Of a DNA stretch of 64,000 bases, positions 43,722 through 55,437 are shown piece by piece. Each line of letters opens with the position of its first letter. The stretch's first letter is position 1. A model generated the notes under the pieces. It did not search any database. It worked only from the letters and a program-made list of their open reading frames with translations, and had not been told where the DNA came from. A program made the translations under genes and the position numbers. Source of the DNA: Candidatus Krumholzibacteriota bacterium (GTDB taxonomy: Bacteria; Krumholzibacteriota; Krumholzibacteriia; JAJRXK01); assembly GCA_963764625.1 (NCBI GenBank), contig CAVXTH010000006.1, forward strand, positions 160,001-224,000, read 5' to 3'.

Positions 43722-44774
43722 ATGAAGCGGATCGGAATCGTGGCCGGTGACGGAATCGGCCCGGAAGTGGTGAAAGAGGGTCTCCGCGTGCTGCGAGAAG
43801 TTGGGCCCCGGGTGGGACTCGAGTACGAGACGGTCGAGTACCCCTTTAGCGCGGACCACTACCTGGAGACCGGGGAGACGATGCCCGATTCGGTCCTCAG
43901 CGAGTACCGCGAGCTGGACGCCATCCTGCTGGGCGCCATCGGCGATCCGAGGGTGGAAGTAGGCCTTCTGGAGCGGGCGATCATCGGAGGGATCCGCTGG
44001 AAGCTCGACATGTATCTGAATCTGAGGCCGGTGAAGCTATACCACGAGGACCTGTGCCCGCTCAAAGGCAAGACCACGAAAGACATCGACATGATCTTCG
44101 TGCGCGAGAATACGGAGAGCCTCTACTGCCAGATCTACGGCGTGTTCAAGAAGGGCACTCCCGATGAGATCACCACGCAGGAGATGGTGAACACCCGCAA
44201 GGGCATCGAGCGGGCCGTACGCTATGCCTACGAAGTGGCGGCCAAGCGGCCGCGGAAGAAACTGACCCTCATCGACAAGGCGAATGCGCTGAGAAGCCAG
44301 GAACTGTGGACCCGAACCTTCGCCGAGGTGGGAGAGGAGTTTCCGCAGGTCGAGCAGGACCACGCCTATATCGACGCCGCCTGCATGTGGATGGTCAAGA
44401 ATCCAGAGTGGTTCGACGTGGCGGTGGTGGACAACATGTTCGGGGACATCGTGACCGACATCGGCGCCATGATTCAGGGCGGCCTCGGCGTGGCGGCGAG
44501 TGGAAACATTCACCCCGGCCAGGTGAGCATGTTCGAACCCATCCACGGATCGGCTCCCAAGTATCGGGGCCAGCAGAAGGCCTGCCCGGTGGCCACCATC
44601 TCCGCGGTGGGCATGATGGTGGACTTCCTGGGCTTTCCCGAGGGGGGCGCGAGGATCGAGGGGGCCATCCAGAGCGCGATCGCCAGCCGCAAGATTCCCT
44701 CGCTGAGTACCTCCAGTGGGCTCAAGACCTCCGAATATACGGACCTCATACTCGCGGAATTGGCGTCGGACTGA
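43722..44774 (+). CDS. leuB: 3-isopropylmalate dehydrogenase family (LeuB type 2-like)
   Basis: GDGIGPEV, GAIGDP, NLRP, RENTE, NMFGDI, FEPIHGSAP. Exact substrate not established. Confidence 0.7.
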   Translation: MKRIGIVAGDGIGPEVVKEGLRVLREVGPRVGLEYETVEYPFSADHYLETGETMPDSVLSEYRELDAILLGAIGDPRVEVGLLERAIIGGIRWKLDMYLNLRPVKLYHEDLCPLKGKTTKDIDMIFVRENTESLYCQIYGVFKKGTPDEITTQEMVNTRKGIERAVRYAYEVAAKRPRKKLTLIDKANALRSQELWTRTFAEVGEEFPQVEQDHAYIDAACMWMVKNPEWFDVAVVDNMFGDIVTDIGAMIQGGLGVAASGNIHPGQVSMFEPIHGSAPKYRGQQKACPVATISAVGMMVDFLGFPEGGARIEGAIQSAIASRKIPSLSTSSGLKTSEYTDLILAELASD

Positions 44775-44837
44775 GAGATTTCTGCTTTGATATTCATCGA
44801 AATGTCTAATACATAGGCCTCCAAGGGGGAGCTCGGC

Positions 44838-44866
44838 TTGACCGGGCCCCCCTACGCACCTATAGT
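44838..44866 (+). promoter_or_regulatory. sigma70-type promoter for tRNA-Leu/tig region
   Basis: TTGACC-N17-TATAGT. Confidence 0.6.
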
Positions 44867-44968
44867 GTATCCTTCCACGCAGCGGACGTCTTCTCGGCTA
44901 AGTGACCAAATTTCAGGCGTCTACGCCGTAAGATGGTCGAACGGCGTGGGGCGAACCAGAGCGATGGA

Positions 44969-45053
44969 GCGCGAGTGGCGGAACTGGCAGACGCGCAGGG
45001 TTTAGGTCCCTGTGAGGTAACTCGTGGGGGTTCGAGTCCCCCCTCGCGCACCA
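44969..45053 (+). tRNA. tRNA-Leu(TAG)
   Basis: GCGCGAG/CTCGCGC acceptor stem, anticodon arm CAGGG-TTTAGGT-CCCTG, long variable arm, GGTTCGAGTCC, encoded CCA. Confidence 0.96.
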
Positions 45054-45099
45054 GGACCTCCCAGGAAAGAACCGCCCCGAGGGAAGTGGGGATCAGGCG

Positions 45100-46471
45100 A
45101 TGAGCGAAAAAGCAATCGAGTTCGAGCTGGAGGCCGCCGAGGAGGCGTGGAAGCGCATCGCGCACGTCACCATCAGCTCCGCTCACATGGACGTCATTCG
45201 GGAGAAAGTCGTCGGAGACCTACGCAAGCAGGTGAAGCGGCCGGGCTTCCGCAAGGGCAAGGTGCCGCCCAAGATCATCCGCAGCGAGTACGCAGCCGAG
45301 GTCGAGCGGGAGTCGCTCGAGCGGGTGGTGCCGGAGGCCTACCGCGAGATCCTCAAGGCTCACGAAGAACTCGAGCCGCTGGGCGAACCGCGGGTCGACA
45401 AACTCAGCCTCGAAGAGGGGCAACCGGTGGGCTTCGATCTGCAGATCGAAGTGCGTCCGGAGATCGAGATTCAGGGTCTTCAGTCCTGCGAGGTCCAGCG
45501 GGTCGAGATCGAGATCAGCGAGAAGCGCGTGGACGCGGCCATGCAGGAACTTAGCCGGGCGCAGTGCGACCTGGTCCCCGGTCCAGCGGGAAGCACGGGC
45601 CGGGGACGCCCTGATGATCGACTACGCTCCCCTGGGTGAAGATGGAACGCCCAACGAGTCGGAGCGTACCAAGGACTACGCGATGGAGCTGGGTGGCACG
45701 AGCGTACTGCCCGAATTCAACGCGGCGCTGACCGGCTTGCAGATTGGCGAAGATACCCAAGTCGAGGTGAGCTACCCCGCGGACTATCCACGCGAGGATC
45801 TCGCGGGTAAGACCATGAGCTTCGAAGTGCGCGTCAACGAGATCAAGGAAAAGCAGGTTCCGCAGCTCAACGACGATTTCGCGCAGAGCGTCAGTGCGTT
45901 CCAGACGCTCGAGGAACTACGCGACGCGGTGCGGGATGATCTGGTGAAGACGGCAAAGCGCGAGAGCAAGCGCCATTTCCGCGAGAGCCTGGTCGATGAG
46001 GTCCTCAAGTTGAACGCCGTGGCCGTGCCCCCCAGCCTCGAGGCACGTTACGTGCAAGCGATGATCGAGGATCTCAAGGACAGTTCCGGGCGGGATTTCG
46101 ACAGCGAGACTCGCAAGAAACTGGCCGAGAGTTATGCGCCCTCGGCGCGCCGCGCGACGCAGCGGTGGCTGCTCATCGACCACATCAAGAAAACCCAGGG
46201 GATCGACGTCGGGGACGAGGAACTCCAGGTAAAGATCGAGGAGCTCGCGGCCGAACGAGATGCCACCCCGGAACAGGTGCGACAGGCGCTGCAGACCCGA
46301 AACGGGCTGGCTCACTTGCGCCTGGAGCTCGAAGAAGACCGTGTTTTCGACTGGCTCTCCGAGCAGGTTCAGGTGAAGGTGGTTCAAAAGAGCGCCGACG
46401 AGCTCGACGAGGGCGATTTGGCAGAGGAAGCGGCCCAGGAGGCCAAAGCCGGGGACGAGAGCGCGCAGTAG
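45100..46471 (+). CDS. tig: Trigger factor (apparent +1 frameshift near 45553)
   Basis: PGFRKGKVP signature. FKBP and C-terminal domains continue in the next frame. Located upstream of clpP. Confidence 0.9.
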
Positions 46472-46507
46472 AGCGGCCCTCAGCCCCTTTCGTCAAGGAG
46501 ATCACAG

Positions 46508-47116
46508 ATGCTGGTTCCCATGGTGGTGGAACAAACGGGTCGAGGCGAACGGGCGTACGACATTTACAGCCGTTTGCTCAAGGATCGGATCGTCTTCATC
46601 GGGTCCCAGATCGATGATAGCGTGGCGAATCTGGTCATCGCGCAGATGCTCTTTCTGCAGGCCGAAGATTCCGATCGCGACATCTATCTGTACATCAATT
46701 CGCCCGGTGGGGTGATTTCGTCTGGTTTGGCTATCTACGACACCATGCAGTACATTTCTAATGACGTCGCCACGATTTGCATGGGCCAGGCGGCCTCCAT
46801 GGCCGCGGTGCTCATGGCGGCGGGAGCGGTTGGCAAGCGCTCGGCGCTGCCCCACTCGCGCATCATGATCCATCAGCCCATGGGGGGTTCCCAGGGTCAG
46901 GCGGCCATGATCGAGATCTACGCCAGGGAAATCCTGTACATGCGGGATCGCTTGAACGAGATTCTTTCCGGTCACACCAAGCAGTCTCTCAAGAAGATCG
47001 CCAAGGACACTGACCGTGATTTCTTCATGTCGGCGGAAGAGGCCAAGGAATACGGCATCGTCGACAAGGTCATCGAGAAGCGAGATGAGCTAGGCCCGGA
47101 TAGCAAAAACGGCTAG
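46508..47116 (+). CDS. clpP: ATP-dependent Clp protease proteolytic subunit
   Basis: [27 protein letters not shown]. Confidence 0.97.
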   Translation: MLVPMVVEQTGRGERAYDIYSRLLKDRIVFIGSQIDDSVANLVIAQMLFLQAEDSDRDIYLYINSPGGVISSGLAIYDTMQYISNDVATICMGQAASMAAVLMAAGAVGKRSALPHSRIMIHQPMGGSQGQAAMIEIYAREILYMRDRLNEILSGHTKQSLKKIAKDTDRDFFMSAEEAKEYGIVDKVIEKRDELGPDSKNG

Positions 47117-47165
47117 GTAAGCGGACGGCCGTACCCATGCCATCCCTCGGATGGAGCGAGATCGA

Positions 47166-48422
<1,257 letters not shown>

Positions 48423-48462
48423 GTGGCGCATGCGGGGTCGTCCTCGCGTTCGAAGAACAAAC

Positions 48463-48487
48463 CAAGGCCCGCCTCGTGCGGGCCTTG
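48463..48487. other. Intergenic hairpin between clpX and lon
   Basis: CAAGGCCCGC-ctcgt-GCGGGCCTTG, a perfect 10-bp stem with no clear U-tract. Confidence 0.5.
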
Positions 48488-48506
48488 ACTGTGTAGGAGA
48501 AAGACG

Positions 48507-50924
48507 ATGAGTAAGAGCGCCAAGGACAAGGCCAACGAAGATCTGGGACTGGTGCCCACCCGCTTGCCGCTCTTGCCGCTGCGCGATGTGGTGATCTTCC
48601 CGGGCGCGATCGTGCCGCTTTTGGTGGGACGCGAACGCAGCATTCAGGCTCTGAATGCCGCGGCCGACGCGGAGAAACTCCTCGTGGTCTCGGCGCAGCG
48701 CGAGCCCGAGGTTGCCGATCCCGGGACCGACGACATCTACGCCATTGGCACTTTGGTGCGGATTCATCAGGTGCTGCGCTTGCCCGACGGCACCACCAAG
48801 ATCCTCATCGAAGGTCTGTCCCGCGCCGAGATCACCGCGCACTACCAGGACGAGGGTTATCTCTCGGTCGACTTCGCGCTGTGCGAAGTGGTGTCGGAAC
48901 CCCAGAGCACCGAACTGGAAGCGCAGTGCCGGCAGGTGGCGGAGCTATTCGAAGACTATGTGCACCTGCACAAGCGCATTCCCGACGAGACCATTGTCGC
49001 CGTTCAGCGTATCGAAGATGCCGACTACCTCGCCGATACCGTGGCCTCGCAGTTAGTGGTGGGGGTGGCCCTTCGGCAAGAGCTTCTGGCCAACCTTGAG
49101 ATCACTCCGAGACTCCGCCACCTGGCGAAGATCCTGCGGCGCGAGATCGAAATCCTCGGGGTCGAGAGGCGGATCGAAGGCGAAGTCAAACAGCAGGTGG
49201 AGAAGGGCCAGAAGGAGTTCTACCTCAACGAGCAATTGCGGGCGATTCGCAAGGAACTCGGCTATGGACCCGAGGAAGACGACGAGATCGAAGAGCTCAT
49301 CAAGCGGATCGAACGCGCCGAGATGAGCGACGAGGCGCACGAGATCGCTCTCAAGGAAGTGGGGCGACTGGCCAAGATGGCGCCCATGTCTCCCGAGAGC
49401 ACCGTGGTGCGCACCTATCTCGACACGCTCTTGGGTTTGCCCTGGGCAAGCCGCAGTCAGGATCGCCTCGATACCCACCGCGCGCGGCGCCGGCTCGACG
49501 CCGATCACTACGGGCTGGAGAAGGTCAAAGAGCGCATCCTGGAGTTCCTCAGCGTGGTCAAGCTGACCGGCCGGCTCCAGGGCTCCATCCTCTGCTTGGT
49601 GGGCCCTCCCGGAGTAGGGAAGACCAGTCTGGGCCGCAGCATCGCCGACAGCATGGGCCGCAACTTCGTGCGGGTGAGTCTGGGCGGCGTGCGCGACGAA
49701 GCCGAGATTCGGGGCCACCGGCGCACCTACATCGGCAGCCGTCCGGGCCGGATCATCGAGGGCCTGAAACGCGCGGGCACTCGCAACCCCGTCTTTCTGT
49801 TGGATGAAATCGACAAGCTGGGAAGCGACTTCCGCGGCGATCCCGCCTCGGCGTTGCTCGAGGTGCTCGACCCTGAGCAAAACAAGAACTACAGCGACCA
49901 CTTCCTGGAGGTTTCGTTCGACCTCAGCGAGGTCTTCTTCATCACCACCGCGAACGTGCTGCACCAGATTCCTCCCGCGCTCGGCGATCGGATGGAGATC
50001 ATTCGCATCCCCGGCTATCTCGAACACGAGAAGGTGCTCATCGCGAAGAACTTCCTGCTGCCCAAAGTTCGCAAAAGCCACGGTCTGGAGCGCACCCGGT
50101 TCTCGGTGAGTGAGTCCGCCTTGAAGGACGCGGTGAATCTGTACACGCGGGAAGCCGGGGTGCGTAATCTCGAACGCGAGTTGGCCACCCTGTGCCGCCG
50201 GGTCGCGCGCCGCAAGGCGGAACGGCGGCCGATGCCGCGGATCATCCAGCGCAGCAATCTGCACCGTTTCCTCGGGGCTCCGAAGTACCTGCACCGCATG
50301 GTGGAGGATGAGCCCGAGGTCGGAGTCGTCAACGGTCTGGCCTGGACCCCGGTTGGCGGTGAAATTCTCGAGATCGAGGTTGCGGCTTTGCCCGGAAAGG
50401 GCCGTCTGACCCTCACCGGCAACCTGAAGGAAGTCATGCGGGAGAGTGCGCGAACTGCGCTCAGCTACGCCAGGTCGTTCGTACCCGAGAGCAAGACCTT
50501 CCTTGACCAGCACGACATCCACATTCACGTTCCCGAAGGTGCCGTACCCAAAGACGGTCCCAGCGCGGGAACCGCCATGGCCACCGCGCTGGTGTCGATG
50601 ATGACCAATCGCAAGGTCCGACGCGAAATGGCGATGACCGGCGAGGTGACGCTGCGCGGAAAAGTGCTGCCCATCGGAGGCCTACCGGAGAAGGCTGTGG
50701 CGGCGCAGAGATTCGGGTGCAAGCACATCATCATTCCTGCCGACAACGAGAAGGACTATCTCGAGCTTCCCCGCGACGTGCGCAAGGGTCTGCAGTGGCA
50801 CCTGGTCTCGCGCGTGGAGGAAGTGATCGATCTGGTACTGTTGCCAGCCAAGAAGCCCGAGCCAAAGGAAGATGCGCTGCTCAACGTCAGCCGGAGTCGT
50901 TCGACGGAGAGCCGGGCGCACTGA
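48507..50924 (+). CDS. lon: Lon protease
   Basis: LPLRDVV.FP, DHYGLEKVKERI, GPPGVGKT, PKDGPSAG. Confidence 0.97.
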   Translation: MSKSAKDKANEDLGLVPTRLPLLPLRDVVIFPGAIVPLLVGRERSIQALNAAADAEKLLVVSAQREPEVADPGTDDIYAIGTLVRIHQVLRLPDGTTKILIEGLSRAEITAHYQDEGYLSVDFALCEVVSEPQSTELEAQCRQVAELFEDYVHLHKRIPDETIVAVQRIEDADYLADTVASQLVVGVALRQELLANLEITPRLRHLAKILRREIEILGVERRIEGEVKQQVEKGQKEFYLNEQLRAIRKELGYGPEEDDEIEELIKRIERAEMSDEAHEIALKEVGRLAKMAPMSPESTVVRTYLDTLLGLPWASRSQDRLDTHRARRRLDADHYGLEKVKERILEFLSVVKLTGRLQGSILCLVGPPGVGKTSLGRSIADSMGRNFVRVSLGGVRDEAEIRGHRRTYIGSRPGRIIEGLKRAGTRNPVFLLDEIDKLGSDFRGDPASALLEVLDPEQNKNYSDHFLEVSFDLSEVFFITTANVLHQIPPALGDRMEIIRIPGYLEHEKVLIAKNFLLPKVRKSHGLERTRFSVSESALKDAVNLYTREAGVRNLERELATLCRRVARRKAERRPMPRIIQRSNLHRFLGAPKYLHRMVEDEPEVGVVNGLAWTPVGGEILEIEVAALPGKGRLTLTGNLKEVMRESARTALSYARSFVPESKTFLDQHDIHIHVPEGAVPKDGPSAGTAMATALVSMMTNRKVRREMAMTGEVTLRGKVLPIGGLPEKAVAAQRFGCKHIIIPADNEKDYLELPRDVRKGLQWHLVSRVEEVIDLVLLPAKKPEPKEDALLNVSRSRSTESRAH

Positions 50925-50929
50925 ATCTG

Positions 50930-51547
50930 ATGCAGCATGAAGTCGAATTGGTCACGCTCGCGCCCGACCTCGCCCGCTGTCCCGACTCAGCTCTGCCGGA
51001 GCTGGCGTTCAGTGGCCGCTCGAACGTGGGAAAGTCGTCGTTGCTCAATCTTCTGGTGGGCCGCCGACGCATGGCGTACACCAGCGGGCAGCCCGGCAAA
51101 ACGCGCACCCTCGGCTACTATCTCGTCGACCACGGGTGGCATCTGGTGGACATGCCGGGCTACGGATTTGCGCGCACTTCGCAGGCGGAACGCCGCACCT
51201 GGGTCGCGGCCAGCCGGGTCTACCTCTCGCAACGCCGGCAGCTGCGGGGCGTGCTCCAGCTGGTCGATCTGAAGGTCGGCGTGACTCCTGATGACCGGGC
51301 GCGGCTTCGTGATCTGCTCGCCTTCGGCCGCGACTTTTGTATTATTTTCACCAAAGCCGACAAGATTCCAGCCAGCAAGCACGAGAGCCTGGTGGTGGAA
51401 CATCTTTCAGGACTTGGACTTCCCGCGACGACCGGGGTCATCGTGAGCTCCGTGAAGGCTCGGCTGGGTCAGGAGGAGATCTGGGCCTGGGTGGAAGAGC
51501 GACTCGAGACCGAATCGGCGCAGGATCGTCCATATCCGGGCGATTGA
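50930..51547 (+). CDS. yihA: Ribosome biogenesis GTPase YihA/EngB
   Basis: GRSNVGKSS, PGKT, DMPGYG, TKADK; follows lon. Confidence 0.92.
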   Translation: MQHEVELVTLAPDLARCPDSALPELAFSGRSNVGKSSLLNLLVGRRRMAYTSGQPGKTRTLGYYLVDHGWHLVDMPGYGFARTSQAERRTWVAASRVYLSQRRQLRGVLQLVDLKVGVTPDDRARLRDLLAFGRDFCIIFTKADKIPASKHESLVVEHLSGLGLPATTGVIVSSVKARLGQEEIWAWVEERLETESAQDRPYPGD

Positions 51548-51573
51548 CCGGGCGCGCCGAGCGGACCTATACT
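51544..51573 (+). promoter_or_regulatory. sigma70-type promoter
   Basis: TTGACC-N18-TATACT upstream of the 51705 gene. Confidence 0.5.
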
Positions 51574-51704
51574 GGACCTACGTCCGCGGACTCCTTGGCA
51601 TGCTTCTGGTAAGCGGCAGTGTAGAGTTGGGGCGCGCCGCGGCGCGCAGGACCAAGGCCGCCTCCAAGGAGTAGGGGGATACGAAACTGGCTACCGTACG
51701 ATTC

Positions 51705-52160
51705 ATGCGTCGAAGCCTCTTTCTGTTGTCGTGCCTGTTCGTGCTGGGCATGCTCGGACCCGGGTCTGCCTGGGCCACGCTCTCGGAGATGTGGAGTCTT
51801 CCCACCTATGAGCCCGCTCGCTGTCTGACTTGTCACACCTCCTCCCAGACCGCGCTCGACAACGATCCCTCTTTGGCAACGCAGTTGAACCCCTTTGGAG
51901 TCGACTGGAATTCGCTGGGTCGCGTTTGGAACGAGAACATCGCCAAGCGGGACAGCGACGGTGACCAGTGCATCAACGGCGCAGAGCTAGGGGATTACAC
52001 GGGGACACAGTGGACGGGACCTTATGTGGAGGATCCCACCCGCAACCAACAGAACAGCAATCCCGGTGTCGTCGACTGCACCCGGGCTTCGATCGACGAT
52101 CGAAGCTGGGGTATTCTCAAGGCCGTGTTCGGAGAATCGAACAAGTTCAAATACAAATAA
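51705..52160 (+). CDS. Small secreted CxxCH protein with temptin-like/Ca-binding motif and SWGILKAVF tail
   Basis: Signal peptide AWA; CLTCH; LNPFGVDW; DSDGDQCINGAELGD. Confidence 0.7.
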   Translation: MRRSLFLLSCLFVLGMLGPGSAWATLSEMWSLPTYEPARCLTCHTSSQTALDNDPSLATQLNPFGVDWNSLGRVWNENIAKRDSDGDQCINGAELGDYTGTQWTGPYVEDPTRNQQNSNPGVVDCTRASIDDRSWGILKAVFGESNKFKYK

Positions 52161-52241
52161 TTCATCCGGGCGAAGGCCCCTGTTGTCTCTGCCGACCAGC
52201 CCTGCGCTGGAGGCGTGTTTTTTTGCGAGGTGAAGCAGGCG

Positions 52242-53531
52242 ATGCAGATGGTACGCGTTGTTCTGGGAGGTCAGTGGGGTGACGAAGGCAAGGGGAAGGT
52301 CGTGGACTGCCTCACCGCCGGCGTCGATCTTGTGGCGCGCTTTCAGGGAGGGGCCAACGCCGGTCACACCGTGAAGGTGGGCGACCAGGCGTTCGTCCTG
52401 CACTTGCTTCCCACGGGAATCCTCCACGAAAGGGTGCGCTGCTTTCTCGGAGCCGCGATGGTGGTGGATACCTGGGCCCTGTTGGGAGAACTGGACGAGC
52501 TAAAAACCGCTGGTATCGATGTCGAGGGTCGGGTTCACATCGCCACCTCCGCGCACCTGGTGCTGCCCTTTCATCGACGCGTCGACGAGCTGCGCGAGAA
52601 GAGTTTGCAGCGCAAGAGCATCGGCACCACGGGCTGCGGCATCGGTCCCACCTACGAAGACAAGATGGCGCGCATGGGAATGCGAGCGGCCGATCTGCTG
52701 CGCTCGGACGAGAGTCTGAAGCGCCTGGTGATCGAGAAAGTGCTGCGCGCGAATCAGTACATCGCGGCCCGCTTCGAGGCGCCCGCTTTGGCCGCGGAGG
52801 CTCTGGCGGCCGAGATCGTGGAGCAGGCCCAGCGGCTTCGGCCGATGATCATGAGTCCCTACGAGTACATGGCTCCGGTGCGCAACGGCGCCTGGAGCGC
52901 TCTTCTCGAGGGGGCTCAGGGCACTCTCCTGGACATCGATCACGGAAGTTATCCCTTCGTGACTTCGAGCAGCTGCACGGTGGGAGGGGCCTTGATCGGC
53001 ACCGGACTCTCACCTTGGCGCATCGGCGCGGTGACGCTGGTGATGAAGGCCTATTGCACACGCGTGGGGAATGGTCCTTTCCCGACCGAACTGCATGGCG
53101 ACGAGGCGGAGGAATTGCGCCGGCTCGGTCACGAGTTCGGGGCGACGACCGGTCGTCCGCGTCGTCCGGGATGGTTCGATGCGGTGGCGGCCAAGTACGC
53201 GGTCGACATCAATGGCGCGACCGAACTGGCGCTGACGAAGCTCGACGTCCTGAGCGGGATGGACAAGATCAAGGTGTGCACGGGATATACGATCGATGAG
53301 GAAGTGGTCGACTTCTTTCCCGACGACGCGCTCAGGCTCGAGCGTTGCAAGCCCGTCTTCACGGAGTTCCCTGGTTGGGAGGGGGACCTGAGCCAGGCGA
53401 AGACCTTCGAGGAGCTGCCCGAGGCCACGCGCGGCTACATCGGCGAGCTCGAAAAGCTGACCGGCTGCCGGGTTCGCTACGTTTCCACCGGGCCTCAGCG
53501 CGTCCATTTCATCGACCGCGGCGACGCCTAA
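52242..53531 (+). CDS. purA: Adenylosuccinate synthetase
   Basis: QWGDEGKGK, GGANAGHT, EGAQG, GATTGRPRR, TKLDVL. Confidence 0.97.
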   Translation: MQMVRVVLGGQWGDEGKGKVVDCLTAGVDLVARFQGGANAGHTVKVGDQAFVLHLLPTGILHERVRCFLGAAMVVDTWALLGELDELKTAGIDVEGRVHIATSAHLVLPFHRRVDELREKSLQRKSIGTTGCGIGPTYEDKMARMGMRAADLLRSDESLKRLVIEKVLRANQYIAARFEAPALAAEALAAEIVEQAQRLRPMIMSPYEYMAPVRNGAWSALLEGAQGTLLDIDHGSYPFVTSSSCTVGGALIGTGLSPWRIGAVTLVMKAYCTRVGNGPFPTELHGDEAEELRRLGHEFGATTGRPRRPGWFDAVAAKYAVDINGATELALTKLDVLSGMDKIKVCTGYTIDEEVVDFFPDDALRLERCKPVFTEFPGWEGDLSQAKTFEELPEATRGYIGELEKLTGCRVRYVSTGPQRVHFIDRGDA

Positions 53532-53685
53532 GGGTTTGCAGAATCGCAGCAGCGAGTCCTCAAAGAACGGGACTTTCCACCCCCTGGACCTGATTCGCGA
53601 AACGACGGGAAGCGATCCTACTCCACCGGACCGTGGGCGGGATTGGCATGTATTCTGTTCTGTTAGCGCCTGAGGTCTGAAATCG

Positions 53686-54594
53686 ATGCTGTGGCTCTTC
53701 CTGATCATCCTTTTCATCGCCGTGTCGGCGCTCGGAGCCTATGCCTTTCAGGTCTGGCGTCGGCACCGGAGGCTCGATGCCCTCGGGCGGCGTCACCACA
53801 TGCACCGCCCCAAGGGAAGCGAGTTCGAAACGGTGTTGCGAACCCTCCCCGAACACTGGGCGGGCGTGGGTCTACGAGACATCCTGGTGGGCACCGATAG
53901 CAGCGGCCGCTTCTTTTGCGCTCGCAAGGGGTGGGGCCGGGACATGCGCGAAGTGTTCGTGGTGGAGCTGAGTCAGCATACTCCCGCCCGTGGTCTTCAG
54001 CTCGAAAGCCGACTCGGCGTCAAGGCTGGAACTCTACACCTAGGCTGGGACATGACTCCCGAGCAAGCCTTGGATGCGACGGCCCGTGAGGTCGTGCAAC
54101 GCGTGCTGCGCGAGTTCGCCGCCTTCAAGCTGCACCATCCTCAGCCGGCCATCTCGTTGGAAGTGGGGGAGAAGAGCGCGGTGCTCTACGCTTCCGCCGC
54201 CGGAGAGGATCAGAAAACCACATTCATCGCTGCCGCGCGCGTGCTGCGCGGTGACTTGCTGCACTGTCTCTTCCGCCGGGCCACGAACACGCTGAATGCC
54301 CCCTCGCCCTCGAAAGCCCACGAGCCGGTCGCACCGGTCGACGCTGGGCATGCCGACATCGACCGCGCGCTGGAGAATCTCGAGGCCGAGCCCATCGTGA
54401 GCGCGCAGGAGCTTCTCAAGGATAAGCCGCCCCCGCCGAAGAAGGGCTGGTTCCGGGTGAAGGGGAAGGAAATCTTCGAGATTCCCGAGCCCGAGGAACA
54501 GGTCGTGGTGCTTTCGGCCGGCGCCGCCCATACCAAGGCGGTCAAGCCCATCAAGGAAGCGGACGAGGACAAGTCCAAGTTCTCCTGGTTCTAG
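53686..54594 (+). CDS. Hypothetical protein with N-terminal membrane anchor
   Basis: Long ORF with typical codon usage, one N-terminal TM helix and a low-complexity C-terminus. Confidence 0.65.
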   Translation: MLWLFLIILFIAVSALGAYAFQVWRRHRRLDALGRRHHMHRPKGSEFETVLRTLPEHWAGVGLRDILVGTDSSGRFFCARKGWGRDMREVFVVELSQHTPARGLQLESRLGVKAGTLHLGWDMTPEQALDATAREVVQRVLREFAAFKLHHPQPAISLEVGEKSAVLYASAAGEDQKTTFIAAARVLRGDLLHCLFRRATNTLNAPSPSKAHEPVAPVDAGHADIDRALENLEAEPIVSAQELLKDKPPPPKKGWFRVKGKEIFEIPEPEEQVVVLSAGAAHTKAVKPIKEADEDKSKFSWF

Positions 54595-54638
54595 AGCGCA
54601 TCGAGTGCTCCTCTCGCGCCCCGCGGGACTTCCCGTTG

Positions 54639-54667
54639 TTGCCTGCCCGGGTCATTCTGGCTACACT
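54639..54667 (+). promoter_or_regulatory. sigma70-type promoter for tRNA-Lys
   Basis: TTGCCT-N17-TACACT. Confidence 0.5.
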
Positions 54668-54738
54668 TCCGGTCCGCTGGCGCCCTCGAGGCACCGGCAT
54701 CCCTCCCGATTCTTCGCTGAGGCGAAGATGTCTTGGGT

Positions 54739-54814
54739 GGGCCTCTAGCTCATCAGGTAGAGCAACGGACTTTTAATCCGTAGGTGCTGGGTTCGAGTCC
54801 CAGGGGGCCCACCA
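54739..54814 (+). tRNA. tRNA-Lys(TTT)
   Basis: GGGCCTC/GGGGCCC acceptor stem, anticodon loop CTTTTAA, GGTTCGAGTCC, encoded CCA; 76 nt. Confidence 0.96.
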
Positions 54815-55180
54815 GGTAACTCTAGCGAGTTACCCAGCTTACAGAGCCGCTAAGAAAGAACCAGCAAGGGCAGCAAACTCTTAGGTTACTCCTCGATCTC
54901 CAGACCTTCAAGTTTCGATCCACCTCTACCTATCTTCAGGCACTTCAATGATGTGGCCCCACACTCGTTCCGGGCCGAGACTGAGTCGTTTGGTTGTCCC
55001 GGGTTCAGGACACTTGGGGTTGGCAGGACAGATTGGCAGGGGTTTGAAGACCTCGGGATAGGCCCTCGGGGTTTCCCCCCAGGGGGTTGCCGCGAGGTTG
55101 GAATGGGCCCTCGCAGATTACACACACGATTTTCGGGTTTGGGCTGATTTGGTCTCTGCTAGATGACTCCATATCACGCG

Positions 55181-55285
55181 TTGGGGAACTGGGGAATCAA
55201 AGGGAATCGCTTTCGGAAAATCCCTATAGTAGTAATCGTGGGAGAGTTCCTGAGAATGGTCCCCTAGGACTCCCTAATCCCCTAG
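55181..55285. repeat. ~105-bp palindromic GGGA/TCCC element, copy A
   Basis: Three GGGA boxes, a central AT-rich imperfect palindrome and TCCC/CCCC boxes. Aligns without gaps to the reverse complement of 56161-56265. Confidence 0.65.
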
Positions 55286-55356
55286 CCCTGATGCTGTAAC
55301 GATTCCTAGGGCAGCAGCCCCCAGAGGAACTCTCCAGGCCCGAATCCCTCCCCGCA

Positions 55357-55386
55357 TTGAAAACCGAGATCGGGTAGTCCTATAAT
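55357..55386 (+). promoter_or_regulatory. sigma70-type promoter
   Basis: TTGAAA-N18-TATAAT upstream of the 55438 gene. Confidence 0.6.
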
Positions 55387-55437
55387 GGCTCTGGCTCCCT
55401 ACAGATGCGTAAGCCGTCACGAGCAGGAAATCGCCTC

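Noticed and set aside
54886-55125. Possible tyrosine-integrase C-terminal remnant next to tRNA-Lys (ERVWGH...)
   Set aside because: No HxxR or LGH motif and no catalytic Tyr in the frames I read; too weak to call.
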